Source: an uncultured Candidatus Saccharibacteria bacterium (GTDB lineage: Bacteria > Patescibacteriota > Saccharimonadia > Saccharimonadales > JALRHH01). Taken from it: a stretch of DNA of 64,000 nt. Each line of letters begins with the position of its first letter. Positions within the stretch are counted from its first letter, which is position 1. Shown one piece after another: positions 1 to 10,053 of this stretch. Both the position numbers and the translations under genes were made by a program. The stretch lies in the NCBI GenBank assembly GCA_964474995.1, contig CAYYUY010000004.1, positions 23,857 through 87,856 of the forward strand, given 5' to 3'. The notes below the pieces were generated by a model. The model had not been told where the DNA came from. It saw only the letters and a list, made by a program, of their open reading frames with translations, and ran no database searches.

Positions 1-1
1 C

Positions 2-838
2 GACGTACTGATCCCCACAGATTTTGATAGTACGATTTTGTTGGACGCCAAAGACCGTGTACAAAAGATCACGCTTATTAGTATTGCGCCAAATCCTGAT
101 CAGCCTCGACGGCATTTTGATAACTCGTCTCTCGATGAGTTGGCTTCATCAATCAAACAATACGGTGTATTGCAGCCACTCATCCTTTCACCGGCCGCAA
201 ATGGATATCGGATAATTGCCGGTGAGCGACGGTGGCGTGCGGCTCAAATTGCTGGCCTGACTGAGGTGCCAGCAATTGTTCGTGATCCACACGAGCTCCA
301 AGAACTCGAGATTTCTATCATCGAGAACGTCCAGCGTGTTGATCTGTCGCCGCTTGAACAAGCTATCTCAATTGAGCGCTTGCACCAGCAGTTTAATTTG
401 AGTTACAAGGACATTGCCCACAAGCTAGCCAAAGCCGAAACGACTATTAGTAACTTGGTGCGACTATTGCAATTACCAGATGCTGCTCGTGATGCATTGC
501 AGAAGCAACAGATTAGCGAAGGTCACGCCCGAGCTATCTTGAGTCTCAAAGGTCAAGCCGCTAAACAGGCTGAATTACTTCGTAATATTATCAAGCACAC
601 ATGGTCAGTTCGTCAGGCTGAGCAGTTTGTGGTGGGCCAACGTGAAGGTGTTACTACAAAACCTGCCGTCAGAGAACGTATGGCCACCGAAACGATTGAG
701 ACAAAACGTCTTAGTAAGAAGTTCCATGCCCCAGTCAGTATTAAGAGGACTGCAAAAGGTGGTCGACTTGAGATTCACTTCAAGACTGATGAAGAACTCG
801 CAGTTATTATTGCTGCCATCGAATTACAGTCGAAGTAG
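2..838 (+). CDS. parB: Chromosome partitioning protein ParB (probably 5'-truncated by the window edge)
   Basis: The frame is open from nt 2, with no in-frame stop before the TTG at 38 used by the ORF track. ParB/Spo0J boxes are present: QPRRHF, LASSIKQYGVLQPLIL, IIAGERRWRAAQIAG. There is also an HTH-like segment, YKDIAHKLAKAETTISNLVRLL. Confidence 0.85.
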   Translation, partial: DVLIPTDFDSTILLDAKDRVQKITLISIAPNPDQPRRHFDNSSLDELASSIKQYGVLQPLILSPAANGYRIIAGERRWRAAQIAGLTEVPAIVRDPHELQELEISIIENVQRVDLSPLEQAISIERLHQQFNLSYKDIAHKLAKAETTISNLVRLLQLPDAARDALQKQQISEGHARAILSLKGQAAKQAELLRNIIKHTWSVRQAEQFVVGQREGVTTKPAVRERMATETIETKRLSKKFHAPVSIKRTAKGGRLEIHFKTDEELAVIIAAIELQSK

Positions 839-841
839 TCG

Positions 842-1516
842 CTAGAATTTTTTGGCTTGGCCAAGAGGGAAGACTCGTAGTTCGAGCTTGCCGACGATAT
901 CATTCGCGGGCACTGGTCCAAAGAATCGTGAATCAAGTGAATTGGTACGGTTGTCGCCACAGACGAACACTTCGTCAGGTTTGACAGTCAGATCAACGTT
1001 ACCGTTGGTGGTAACGATTGCGTTTGCCCAAGCGCCAGTAGCATCAGGTGAATAGCCATTTGGGTGTTCGGCGTTGAAAATTGTGAGCTTGCCATCAGCG
1101 ACAACAACACGATCACCAGGTAGTCCGATGACACGTTTTACGAGTTGCTTCTCGCTCTGGCTATCACCATATTCTTGGAGTCCACGTTTAACAAAAATAA
1201 TGATGTCACCGCGGTGCGGTATATATGGATGGCCGGTTAACCGGGCTAGCGTACGAGGTGCTTTGGCTACGATCAGGCGGTCGTGGTTCTCGAGTGTAGT
1301 TTCCATACTAGGGCCGTCAACTTCATATGATTGGAACACATAGGCCGTCAATGCAAGCGCAATCAGGGGTGCTGCGAGTAGTATAAAGATAGTCGATAAT
1401 ACACTTCGAAGGCCTTCGTGATTTTTCTTAGGAGGGACCGTTGGGGTAGTACCTGGAACAGTGCTGGGGGCATCCAAATTTTGGCCGGGCTGTGGTATAG
1501 TAGGTAATTGTTGCAT
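842..1516 (-). CDS. lepB: Signal peptidase I
   Basis: SPase I boxes GPSMETTL (Ser), KRVIGLPGD (Lys) and GDNRTNSLDSRFFGPV, plus one N-terminal TM. The ATG at 1516 (MQQLPT) is preferred over the ORF-track start at 1576. Confidence 0.85.
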   Translation of the reverse strand: MQQLPTIPQPGQNLDAPSTVPGTTPTVPPKKNHEGLRSVLSTIFILLAAPLIALALTAYVFQSYEVDGPSMETTLENHDRLIVAKAPRTLARLTGHPYIPHRGDIIIFVKRGLQEYGDSQSEKQLVKRVIGLPGDRVVVADGKLTIFNAEHPNGYSPDATGAWANAIVTTNGNVDLTVKPDEVFVCGDNRTNSLDSRFFGPVPANDIVGKLELRVFPLGQAKKF

Positions 1517-1605
1517 GTCCGTTCCACTATAGCCTACTTTCACCGAACTGCACATATTTTCGAAATTATTAAACACGTAATAAAAAGTATATTTTCTAGA
1601 GATTT

Positions 1606-3273
1606 ATGAACGAATTCCGTAAACACAAAAGTCCTGTGCGCAAAACAGCTGCGGTTGATGGTTTCCTGGGTGGCAAACCTGCATCCCAGGGCTCTTTACG
1701 CCAGAGCCGTGCGTCTCAGCTGCAGCAAAATCGTCTTGATAGCTTTGCGGTACCGCAGGGTTTCAGGGCTAATGCACAGCCAATCCTAAAGACTTCTACA
1801 CGACCAGGCTCATTGGCTCGTTCATCACAGGTACTTGCGGGGGGTCCTTCGGCAAGTGAGATGCAGTTGCCACCGGCAGCTACAAAGCGTGGCCAACACA
1901 AAAAGCGTCATCCATTCAAAACGTTTGCAAAGGTGTTCGCAGTACTACTTGTAATAGTAGTACTCATGGGTGGCTATTTATTTGGCAAGGGCTATCTAAA
2001 GGCTCGTAATATCTTCAAGGGTGGCGGTAACGCTCCGGCGCTTAACGCCAATGTTGATCCAAACAAACTCAACGGTGAAGGTGATGGACGAGTTAATATA
2101 TTGCTGCTCGGACGCGGTGGTGAAGGCCATGATGGAGCCGACCTGACCGATACGATCTTGGTTGCCAGTATTGACCCCGTACAGCACCAGGCATCGATTT
2201 TGAGTATTCCACGTGACCTCTGGGTTGCTAATAACAAAGCCGGTGGTGGGTACTCAAAAATCAACGAAGTCTACGCCGATGCCAAGATGTCGGTTATGTC
2301 TGGCAAAAAGACAGCTGACATTAAGCAGCGTGCAGCTGCAGCCGGTGAAGCCGCAATTGAATCAACCGTTGAACAAAGTATGGGTATCCCAATTCATTAT
2401 TATGTACTGGTAGACTTTGCGGCATTTGAGCAGGCGATCAACACTGTTGGTGGTGTCGATATTACTGTGGCGGCAAACGATTCGTCATCAATCGTAAAAG
2501 AACAAATGTGGGATGAACTCACACACAAGAATTATCTATTGAATGTGCAACCAGGCGTAAACCACTTCGATGGCCAGCGTGCCTTGATGTATTCACGATC
2601 ACGTCACACCAGCGCGCGTGGTGACTTTGACCGAAGTGAACGCCAGCGTAAGATGATCATCGCACTCAAGAATAAGATTCTGTCTGCTGGTACGTACGGT
2701 AATCCTGCAAAGATTAACGAATTGATCAACGCTTTCGGCGATCATGTTAGTTCCAACCTTAGTACGAACGACCTCAAGCGCCTGTATGATTTGTCGAAGA
2801 CAATTGATTCAAGCAAGATCAACTCACTTGGTCTGGCAGATCCACCGAACAATTACGTAACAACCGGCACATCTACGACAGGTTTATCTATTGTTCGTCC
2901 TATCGCTGGCCTGACAGACTTCTCGGCGATTCAGAACTACGTTCGTAATGCGCTAAGAGACAGCTATCTGCAGAAGGAAAGCGCTAACATCGCCGTCTAT
3001 AACGGTACGACTACCAGTGGATTAGCTACAACAAAGGCGACTGAACTGAAATCATTTGGTTATGGCGTGACAACAATCGCCAATGCACCAACGCAAAACT
3101 ATACGAAAACGATTGTCGTCGATATGACCAACGGTCAAAAGAAATATACGGCTCACTATCTCGAGCAGCGGTTCAATACAACAGTGGTTACAAAAATGCC
3201 AAACAACACAATCAACCCAGGAACTTCAGATTTTGTTATAATACTGGGTAACGATGCGAGCACTTCCAGGTAA
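1606..3273 (+). CDS. LytR-CpsA-Psr (LCP) family cell-wall polymer transferase with C-terminal LytR_C-like domain
   Basis: Basic disordered N-terminus and one TM. LCP core: NILLLGRGGEGHDGADLTDTILVASIDP, SIPRDLWV, ALMYSRSRH..GDFDRSERQRKMI. C-terminal ANIAVYNGTTTSGLAT..KSFGY module. Confidence 0.8.
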   Translation: MNEFRKHKSPVRKTAAVDGFLGGKPASQGSLRQSRASQLQQNRLDSFAVPQGFRANAQPILKTSTRPGSLARSSQVLAGGPSASEMQLPPAATKRGQHKKRHPFKTFAKVFAVLLVIVVLMGGYLFGKGYLKARNIFKGGGNAPALNANVDPNKLNGEGDGRVNILLLGRGGEGHDGADLTDTILVASIDPVQHQASILSIPRDLWVANNKAGGGYSKINEVYADAKMSVMSGKKTADIKQRAAAAGEAAIESTVEQSMGIPIHYYVLVDFAAFEQAINTVGGVDITVAANDSSSIVKEQMWDELTHKNYLLNVQPGVNHFDGQRALMYSRSRHTSARGDFDRSERQRKMIIALKNKILSAGTYGNPAKINELINAFGDHVSSNLSTNDLKRLYDLSKTIDSSKINSLGLADPPNNYVTTGTSTTGLSIVRPIAGLTDFSAIQNYVRNALRDSYLQKESANIAVYNGTTTSGLATTKATELKSFGYGVTTIANAPTQNYTKTIVVDMTNGQKKYTAHYLEQRFNTTVVTKMPNNTINPGTSDFVIILGNDASTSR

Positions 3274-4003
3274 ACTAAAACCAGCCAAAGGCTTTTCGGG
3301 GTATTTTCACTTCGGTCTGACCTCGTTTCTGCCAGTTATTCTGTTTGTGTTAGTCCAGATTGACCTGGCAACCATCGCATTTCTGGTAATTCTACTCAGT
3401 AAGTGGCGTATGTTCGTGGTTAAGCCAAGGTTTTGGCTCGCCAACCTTCGTGCCAACGCAATTGACATCATTGTTGGTGTCTCATTCTTGATTTTTATGG
3501 ATGTCAGTCACTCGAGTGCCTGGCGACTTATCTGGGCACTCACTTACGCTGGTTGGTTACTGTTTGTGAAGCCAGGCTCCGGTACGCTGCTTGTGTCTTC
3601 CCAGGCATTTGTCGGACAGATACTTGGGCTGACGGCTTTGTTTCTCGGTTGGACGACGGCACCGCTCTACGGACTGGTCATCAGTGCATGGGCTATCTGT
3701 TATCTAGCAGCTCGCCACTTCTACAGCAGTTTTGACGAACCTTACACACCACTCTACGCTAGTTTATGGGGCTACTTTGCAGGTGCTTTAGTGTGGATTC
3801 TCGGACATTGGCTACTATTTTATGGTTTTGTCGCGCAGCCGACATTGCTCCTAACAGTTATCGGATTTGGACTGGCAGCCATCTATTATCTTGATGAAAA
3901 CGATAAGTTATCTGATGTGCTTCGTCGGCAGTTTATCTTTATAATGCTTGCAGTGATTGTCGTGGTGTTGGTCTTTTCCAACTGGGGCGATAAGACGATC
4001 TAA
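3254..4003 (+). CDS. Multi-pass membrane protein, unknown function
   Basis: 249-aa ORF with about 7 hydrophobic segments. It overlaps the LCP gene end by 20 nt. No motif recognised. Confidence 0.4.
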   Translation: MRALPGKLKPAKGFSGYFHFGLTSFLPVILFVLVQIDLATIAFLVILLSKWRMFVVKPRFWLANLRANAIDIIVGVSFLIFMDVSHSSAWRLIWALTYAGWLLFVKPGSGTLLVSSQAFVGQILGLTALFLGWTTAPLYGLVISAWAICYLAARHFYSSFDEPYTPLYASLWGYFAGALVWILGHWLLFYGFVAQPTLLLTVIGFGLAAIYYLDENDKLSDVLRRQFIFIMLAVIVVVLVFSNWGDKTI

Positions 4004-4044
4004 TCGTACTGCGTTTCAGGGAATATTCAGAAAAGGGGGGTATT

Positions 4045-5244
4045 GTGGAATCAATGAAGAATTTACGGGATATGGCGGGTAGCGTAAAACCATCGATTAA
4101 CCGAGTGCAGTCACTCAGCACGGCTTTTGTGATGGTTGCCAGCCTTGCTCTTGGGTTTGGTGGTGGCTGGCTCGGCGCCAGTAGCAAACAAGAGAACGAC
4201 AGTGGTATCAATAAAGTGAGCCAACAAGTCGCAGCAAATGAGGGTGAACTTATTAGCTCAATCGCCAAGCAGGTTGGACCCAGTGTTGTATCTGTAAATG
4301 TAACTGGCCAAAGCCAACAGACTGATTTCTTTGGCTATGGCACCTCTGCACCACAACAGAGCGCGGGTACCGGTATTATCATCAGTAAAGATGGGTATAT
4401 TATTACGAATCGACACGTTGTACCTGCGGGTACGACCAGTGTCAGTGTCACACTATCGGACGGTACAGAGTTGAGCAACGTTGAAGTTGTTGGCCGCACG
4501 AATGATAGCGACTCTTTGGATATCGCGTTCTTGAAAATTAAGGACACTAAGGGCAAGGTGTTACAACCGGCCAAGCTTGGTGATTCAAGTAAAGTACAGG
4601 TTGGTGATCGTGTAGTAGCTATTGGTAACGCACTTGGACAGTTCCAGAACACCGTAACCTCAGGTATTATCTCTGGCTTTGGCCGCAGTGTTCAAGCAGG
4701 TGATAGTTCTGGTACTGGCGAAAGCGAAACACTACAGAACCTTTTTCAGACTGATGCTGCAATCAATGAAGGTAATTCTGGTGGTCCACTGGTGAATATC
4801 AATGGTGAAGTTATTGGTATCAATACGGCAATTGCCGGCCAAGGTGCTCAAAACATTGGATTTTCCATACCACTAGATGATGCGCAGGGTCTTATCACTA
4901 GCGTCTTGACCAAAGGTAAACTTGAACGACCATATCTCGGTGTACGCTACATCGCTCTAACAGATGACTATGCATATCAGTACAACTTGAGTGTGAAGCG
5001 TGGTGCATATATTGCCCCTGGTGGTACGCAGGCATCAATCCAGCCTGGTAGCCCAGCTGAAAAAGCAGGACTCAAGGAAAAAGACATCATTACCAAGGTT
5101 GATGGCGTCGCAATTGATGAGACACATAGCCTGACGTCGCTTATCGGAAAACACGCTGTTGGTGATCAGTCGACGCTCACTATCATTCGTGACGGCAAAG
5201 AACAGTCGATCAAGGTTACATTCACGGCAGCACCACAAAGCTAA
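4045..5244 (+). CDS. htrA: HtrA/DegP-family serine protease with PDZ domain
   Basis: Triad contexts IITNRHVV (His), LDIAFLKI (Asp) and GNSGGPLVN (Ser). C-terminal PDZ-like region (GSPAEKAGLKEKDIITKVDG). N-terminal TM. G-rich SD 4 nt before the GTG at 4045. Confidence 0.85.
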   Translation: MESMKNLRDMAGSVKPSINRVQSLSTAFVMVASLALGFGGGWLGASSKQENDSGINKVSQQVAANEGELISSIAKQVGPSVVSVNVTGQSQQTDFFGYGTSAPQQSAGTGIIISKDGYIITNRHVVPAGTTSVSVTLSDGTELSNVEVVGRTNDSDSLDIAFLKIKDTKGKVLQPAKLGDSSKVQVGDRVVAIGNALGQFQNTVTSGIISGFGRSVQAGDSSGTGESETLQNLFQTDAAINEGNSGGPLVNINGEVIGINTAIAGQGAQNIGFSIPLDDAQGLITSVLTKGKLERPYLGVRYIALTDDYAYQYNLSVKRGAYIAPGGTQASIQPGSPAEKAGLKEKDIITKVDGVAIDETHSLTSLIGKHAVGDQSTLTIIRDGKEQSIKVTFTAAPQS

Positions 5245-5253
5245 GATTTTCTA

Positions 5254-6087
5254 CTAAATCTGTTGGAAGACCTGGATAAAGTCTTCAGTGCGTACAAGTT
5301 GCCAATTATGAATACGTGCAATACTCGACAACGCTTCGTGTTGTGGGGGTAAGGCCTCTGTGAGTACAAAAGTATGGGCATTGGCATGAGGCGCAAGCTG
5401 CTCAAATAGTTGTCTGTATAGATCGAGACCATCTGGGCCACCAAATATGGCCATGGATGGTTCGTTCATAGCGGCTTGGTTGATTTGATGATCGTTGGGT
5501 ACATAGGGCAGGTTGGCCAAGACAACGTCATACTGATCTGGACCGGCAGCTGTCAGTAAGTCGCTCTGTGTACATGTGACGTTTGGTGCAAGTTTTTGTG
5601 TGTTCAATCGACTAACCTGAAGGGCATTAGTATCAAGTTCGAACAATTCCACGTGTGCATTTGGCAGTTCTAGCTGCGCTGTGATGCCTAATGCGCCACT
5701 ACCACTGCCGACGTCTACAATGGTTGGGCTAGCGGGCAGATCAAGCTGAATGAGTAGTTCAATCATCGTCTCTGACTCCGGTCGGGGCTCCAAAACAGCA
5801 TCTGTGATAACAAACTCACGACCATAGAATTCTGTCTTTCCACGAAGGTACGACAGCGGAATATGCTGTGCTCGACGTTCAATGAGGGAGTTTAGCTGTT
5901 TTACGTGTTCATCAGTGAGTTCGAGCTCAGGGTGTGCAAGCAAATGGGTACGATTTGTGTTCGTTACATCCTCAAGCAGCACGAGAGCATCCAGCCGAGC
6001 CGACAAATCCCCAGCTTCAGTGAGTTGTTTAGTAGCGGTCTGTAACCACTGACTATTCGTTACTGATGAGTTGGCGTTCGTATTCAT
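5254..6087 (-). CDS. prmC: Release-factor glutamine N5-methyltransferase PrmC/HemK
   Basis: SAM motif [11 protein letters not shown] and substrate motif NLPYVP (NPPY type). It lies immediately downstream of prfA. The ATG at 6087 is chosen and still overlaps the prfA end by 35 nt; the ORF-track start is 6117. Confidence 0.8.
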   Translation of the reverse strand: MNTNANSSVTNSQWLQTATKQLTEAGDLSARLDALVLLEDVTNTNRTHLLAHPELELTDEHVKQLNSLIERRAQHIPLSYLRGKTEFYGREFVITDAVLEPRPESETMIELLIQLDLPASPTIVDVGSGSGALGITAQLELPNAHVELFELDTNALQVSRLNTQKLAPNVTCTQSDLLTAAGPDQYDVVLANLPYVPNDHQINQAAMNEPSMAIFGGPDGLDLYRQLFEQLAPHANAHTFVLTEALPPQHEALSSIARIHNWQLVRTEDFIQVFQQI

Positions 6088-7108
6088 GAAGCTGTTCAAT
6101 AAGGTCATCAATATCACCGGTCAATGCGGCTGGAATGTTACTGCGTGAGTAGCCGATGCGGTGGTCAGTGATGCGATCTTGCGGGAAGTTGTAAGTGCGA
6201 ATTTTTTCGGATCGGTCACCAGAACCGATGAGCTTTTTGCGGGCATCTGATAACTGCTTCTGTTCATCGTCGATCTTCTGTTGGAGCAAGCGAGAACGGA
6301 GTACACTCATTGCTTTTTCTTTGTTCTTGAGCTGTGATTTTTCGTCTTGGTTAGAGACTACAAGCCCGGATGGAAGGTGAGTGATACGGACGGCAGAGTC
6401 GGTGGTGTTAACCGATTGGCCCCCATGCCCACCAGAACGATACACGTCAATGCGGAGGTCACCAGGGTTGATTTCGATATCAGTTTCTTCGGCTTCAGGC
6501 ATGACTGCAACGGTAGTAGTACTGGTGTGGATACGGCCCTGACTCTCGGTGGCGGGGACTCGTTGTACGCGGTGAACACCGGCCTCAAATTTGAGTTTGC
6601 GATATGCCTCGTCGCCACGAACGGCAAAAATGATTTCTTTGTAGCCACCAACCTCGTTCGGGCTTTCGGTAATTAGCTCGAGCCTGAAATTGTGCGACTC
6701 AGCCCATCGCGCGTACATGCGGTACAGTTCACCTGCAAACAAGCTAGATTCATCGCCACCTGCGGCGGCACGAATTTCTACGATGACATCCTTGTCATCA
6801 TTTGGGTCTTTGGGCGTAAGAGCCTCAGACAAGGCGGCGTCATTTGCGGCGATCTTTTCAGCGAGTTCTGATAGTTCAAGTTCAGCAAGTTCGGCTAACT
6901 CTGCCTCACTGCCGTCGGCCATCAGTTGCGCGCTGGCTTGTGCGCTGGCCAAATTCTTTCGCTCATCAAAGAGGCCTAATACGTTTTCGAGGTGGCTTTG
7001 GCGCTTGGCGAGTTTGGGATAACTTTTGGACGAGAAAATAGTAGGATCCTGCAGTTGCTCTTGCAGGCCTTGATATTCTTCACGGAGTGATTGTTCTTTT
7101 TGGTCCAT
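6053..7108 (-). CDS. prfA: Peptide chain release factor 1
   Basis: RF1 tripeptide PAT ([13 protein letters not shown]) and GGQ motif ([20 protein letters not shown]). Confidence 0.95.
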   Translation of the reverse strand: MDQKEQSLREEYQGLQEQLQDPTIFSSKSYPKLAKRQSHLENVLGLFDERKNLASAQASAQLMADGSEAELAELAELELSELAEKIAANDAALSEALTPKDPNDDKDVIVEIRAAAGGDESSLFAGELYRMYARWAESHNFRLELITESPNEVGGYKEIIFAVRGDEAYRKLKFEAGVHRVQRVPATESQGRIHTSTTTVAVMPEAEETDIEINPGDLRIDVYRSGGHGGQSVNTTDSAVRITHLPSGLVVSNQDEKSQLKNKEKAMSVLRSRLLQQKIDDEQKQLSDARKKLIGSGDRSEKIRTYNFPQDRITDHRIGYSRSNIPAALTGDIDDLIEQLHEYERQLISNE

Positions 7109-7161
7109 AACTGTTCCTATTATATAGGGAGAATTATTTCTATCCTATTTGTTGGCTAAAG

Positions 7162-7195
7162 AAAAACACCGACTGCCAGTGGCAATCGGTGTTTG
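7162..7195 (-). terminator. Rho-independent terminator downstream of rpmE
   Basis: On the minus strand: AACACCGATTGCCA / TGGCAGTCGGTGTT stem followed by TTTTT. Confidence 0.6.
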
Positions 7196-7209
7196 TTCGA
7201 GTAGGGTAG

Positions 7210-7560
7210 CTAACGTCCGAGCTTTTGTGGAGCTTCGGCTTCGTCGCTGTCTTCTGCAGGCTTGCGGGCAGCTGCTTTTTTGATTGCAGCCTTCTTCATT
7301 GCTTCGGCGCGGTTCTTGGCAGCTTCTTGGCGAGCCTTGAACTTATCGACGCGACCTTCGATGTCGAGGAGCTTTTCTTGGCCAGTAAAGAACGGGTGAG
7401 AAGCACTCGAGATGTGCACTTTTACCAGTGGGTATTCGTTGCCATCAAGCTTGATGGTTTCTTCGGTAGCGACAGTTGACTTGGTCAAAAACGTGTCGTT
7501 GGTGTTTAGATCCTGGAAAACTACGTGGCGGTAGTTCTGAGGGTGTAATTCTTTTTTCAT
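7210..7560 (-). CDS. rpmE: 50S ribosomal protein L31 (type B, no CxxC) with Lys/Ala-rich C-terminal extension
   Basis: [43 protein letters not shown] matches L31. No Zn-ribbon cysteines are present. The internal ATG at 7560 is chosen over ORF-track 7731. There is a GGAG SD upstream. Confidence 0.9.
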   Translation of the reverse strand: MKKELHPQNYRHVVFQDLNTNDTFLTKSTVATEETIKLDGNEYPLVKVHISSASHPFFTGQEKLLDIEGRVDKFKARQEAAKNRAEAMKKAAIKKAAARKPAEDSDEAEAPQKLGR

Positions 7561-7688
7561 TGAATGGATACTCCAGCTCGTTAATTGATAATGCCGGTTA
7601 GCAGTGAGCCTCGCTGCAGTCGACAATTGGTTCAGCGCATTACTATACACCCCTGTTAGAGAAGTGTCAACTATGGACCCGCTCGTGC

Positions 7689-7716
7689 TTGCAATTGGCC
7701 CACTTCTCATTACAAT
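7689..7716 (+). promoter_or_regulatory. Sigma-70-like promoter (TTGCAA-16 nt-TACAAT) 8 nt upstream of ATG 7725
   Basis: Hexamers read directly: 7689-7694 and 7711-7716. No SD lies between the -10 box and the ATG. Confidence 0.45.
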
Positions 7717-7724
7717 CATTGACC

Positions 7725-8435
7725 ATGACAAAGCAGCTACATTATGGCATTGAAACTGGCGGCGTACACAGCCGACTGTATCTGGATGTACCGGTAGAAG
7801 TCTCGGCGCGCATTCAGACGCATGATGGAGAGCTAACGAGCACTCTACAGAAGCTCAGTACCAAGAGGACGCGCCTGCTTGATATTGAACCGACTGACGA
7901 TGGCCTACGATTGTATGCAAATACCAAAAAAGTCGGGGGGATCAGAGGTGAGTATGACACATACAGACGACAGGCTGCAGCATCAATCACAGATGCGCTC
8001 CGTCGAGTTGGCGAATGGGCTCAGCCAGAAGAACGGGATCCAAGACTCGATGTTGGTATGGGGAGTAGATATTCTGTTGATGGTCGTCTACCGATGTATG
8101 CCGATATTGCATGGCCAGAGGCAGATGAAGAAGCTGTAGAGGCGCTTGCAGAGAAGCATATGCGTGAAACTGCAAAGAAGTTGAAATATGAAGTACCACT
8201 GATTGAAGATTTAGTTTTTGCGTCCGTTTCACGGGCTCGTGGCGTAACGCTACAGACTAACCCGGTTGGTAGTTGCAGTATTGATACGGATGGCATGCAC
8301 TATGATCAGGCTGACCCGGTTTTTGAACTGCGCGCTCACAACATCTATGCCCCGCAACAGCAATTAATCTGTTTTGCTGGCACGGTTGCAATTGCTAATG
8401 CAGATGCATTATTGTCTGCACCACATACCACTTGA
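7725..8435 (+). CDS. Hypothetical cytosolic protein
   Basis: 236-aa ORF from ATG 7725 (the ORF-track TTG at 7689 coincides with the putative -35). Ends in TGA. No motif recognised. Confidence 0.5.
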   Translation: MTKQLHYGIETGGVHSRLYLDVPVEVSARIQTHDGELTSTLQKLSTKRTRLLDIEPTDDGLRLYANTKKVGGIRGEYDTYRRQAAASITDALRRVGEWAQPEERDPRLDVGMGSRYSVDGRLPMYADIAWPEADEEAVEALAEKHMRETAKKLKYEVPLIEDLVFASVSRARGVTLQTNPVGSCSIDTDGMHYDQADPVFELRAHNIYAPQQQLICFAGTVAIANADALLSAPHTT

Positions 8436-8572
8436 AACAGATCAGCCAATCTGTTAGACTTAGACCACAATTAAGTAAACAGTTTGGGATATGATTCTCT
8501 TTTGCTCCACCCGTGTAGGGAAGTAAAAGCACCCAGATGAAGGTCAAGAATCAAAGAAAGGACTTATTTATT

Positions 8573-9316
8573 ATGGCTACAGTTACTGTAGATGTTAAGC
8601 AACTGCTGGAGGCCGGCGCGCACTTCGGTCACAAGACAAGCCGCTGGCACCCAAAAATGGCTGAGTACATTCACTCAAAGCGCAATGGTAGCCACATTAT
8701 CGACCTCACAAAGACAGCTGCAGGCCTCGAAAAGGCACTGAGCTTCCTCGAGGAAACCGTTTCTGAAGGCAAGCAAGTACTGATCGTTGGTACAAAGCGC
8801 CAGGTTCACGATATTGCGAAGCCATTAGCTGTTGAAACTAACCAACCATACGTTGTGGAACGATGGCTCGGTGGTATGCTGACCAACCGCAATACCATTG
8901 GTGGTCGCGTGAAGCACCTCAAAGATCTTGAAACCAAGATGGAATCAGGTGCACTTGCCAGCAAGTACGCCAAGCTCGAAGTGCAGCGTTTCCAGGAAGA
9001 AATCAATGAAATGAACCACATCTATGGTGGTATCAAGAACATGGCTGCCCGCGTAGGTGCTGTATTCGTATTCGATGTTGTACACGAAGCTAACGCAATT
9101 GCCGAAGCTCGTAAGCTCAACATTCCAGTTGTCGCACTTGTCGACACCAATGCTGACCCAACACGGATTGATTACGTCATTCCTTGTAACGACGATGCGA
9201 TCAAGACACTTGAACTCATCGCTGCATACGTTCGCCAAGCTATCGAAGCAGGTGCGAACAAGTACGCAAAGAAGCAGGACAAAGTCGACGCAGCCGCTGA
9301 AAAGCCAGCAGCCTAA
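8573..9316 (+). CDS. rpsB: 30S ribosomal protein S2
   Basis: MATVTVDVKQLLEAGAHFGHKTSRWHPKM is a typical S2 N-terminus. The ATG at 8573 is preferred over 8537. Confidence 0.95.
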   Translation: MATVTVDVKQLLEAGAHFGHKTSRWHPKMAEYIHSKRNGSHIIDLTKTAAGLEKALSFLEETVSEGKQVLIVGTKRQVHDIAKPLAVETNQPYVVERWLGGMLTNRNTIGGRVKHLKDLETKMESGALASKYAKLEVQRFQEEINEMNHIYGGIKNMAARVGAVFVFDVVHEANAIAEARKLNIPVVALVDTNADPTRIDYVIPCNDDAIKTLELIAAYVRQAIEAGANKYAKKQDKVDAAAEKPAA

Positions 9317-9333
9317 GACATTTTAAATGTGGG

Positions 9334-9362
9334 GTAGGTAGTCGCCGCTTGGCACTACCTAC
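9334..9362 (+). promoter_or_regulatory. Intercistronic hairpin between rpsB and tsf (no U-tract)
   Basis: 9-bp perfect stem GTAGGTAGT (9334-9342) / ACTACCTAC (9354-9362) with an 11-nt loop. Followed by the AAGGAGAG SD of tsf. Confidence 0.35.
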
Positions 9363-9392
9363 AACTGAACTAATCATCAAGGAGAGAAATTA

Positions 9393-9992
9393 ATGGCAGA
9401 CATTACAATTGAAGAAATCAAGCGCCTGCGCGAACTAACCGGTGTTGGTATTACTGACTCCAAGGCTGCACTCGTAGAAGCCAAGGGTGACTTTGATAAA
9501 GCACTCGAAGCTATGCGCAAAAAGGGTATGACCAAGGCCGAAAAGCGCGGTGAGCGTGAGGTACGTGAAGGTGTTATCGGCACCTACAACCACGATGGCC
9601 GTATCGGTGTGCTTGTAGAAGTAAACTGTGAAACTGACTTTGTAGCTCGTGGTGATATCTTCATTGCACTCGTCAAGGATGTTGCAATGCACATCGCTGC
9701 AAGTAGCCCAGAATACGTTTCTGTCGATGACATTACCGATGAAGCTAAGGCTGCAAAGACCGAGGAATTCACCGAGAAGTCTAAGGCAGAAGGCAAGCCA
9801 GAGAAGATGCTCGAAAACATCGTATCCGGCATGCTCAAGAAGTACTTTGCAGAACGTTGTCTGCTCGACCAGCCGTTCATCAAGAATCCTGATATTACGG
9901 TTGGCGAACATGTCAAACAGCAGGCTGCATTGATGAATGAGAATGTTGTTGTACGACGCTTTAACCGCATCGCACTTGGCGAAGTCGCCTAA
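9393..9992 (+). CDS. tsf: Elongation factor Ts (short form)
   Basis: N-terminal UBA-like IKRLRELTGVGITDSKAALVEAKGDFDKALEAMRKKG and the core VLVEVNCETDFVAR. Confidence 0.9.
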   Translation: MADITIEEIKRLRELTGVGITDSKAALVEAKGDFDKALEAMRKKGMTKAEKRGEREVREGVIGTYNHDGRIGVLVEVNCETDFVARGDIFIALVKDVAMHIAASSPEYVSVDDITDEAKAAKTEEFTEKSKAEGKPEKMLENIVSGMLKKYFAERCLLDQPFIKNPDITVGEHVKQQAALMNENVVVRRFNRIALGEVA

Positions 9993-10013
9993 ACAGTAGC
10001 AACTGAAATGCAC

Positions 10014-10053
10014 AATAGAGCACCGTATATAATGACGGTGCTCTATTTATTTA
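10014..10053. terminator. Bidirectional terminator hairpin between tsf and the convergent EEP gene
   Basis: ATAGAGCACCGT (10015-10026) / ACGGTGCTCTAT (10035-10046), followed by TTTATTT. It overlaps the stop of the minus-strand gene. Confidence 0.6.

Noticed and set aside
1-900. parS site / oriC signature near parB
   Set aside because: I found no match by eye to the TGTTNCACGTGAAACA parS consensus, and no DnaA-box cluster is visible. The relevant region probably lies upstream of the window.
6088-6117. ORF-track start of prmC giving a 65-nt overlap with prfA
   Set aside because: An internal ATG at 6087 gives a shorter (35-nt) overlap, and the extra N-terminal residues are not conserved-looking. 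The start remains uncertain.
9435-10013. 192-aa minus-strand ORF covering all of tsf (plus 128-aa ORF 9584-9970)
   Set aside because: It is fully antisense to a confidently identified EF-Ts gene. The composition is low-complexity with no motif, SD or promoter, so it is a typical shadow ORF.
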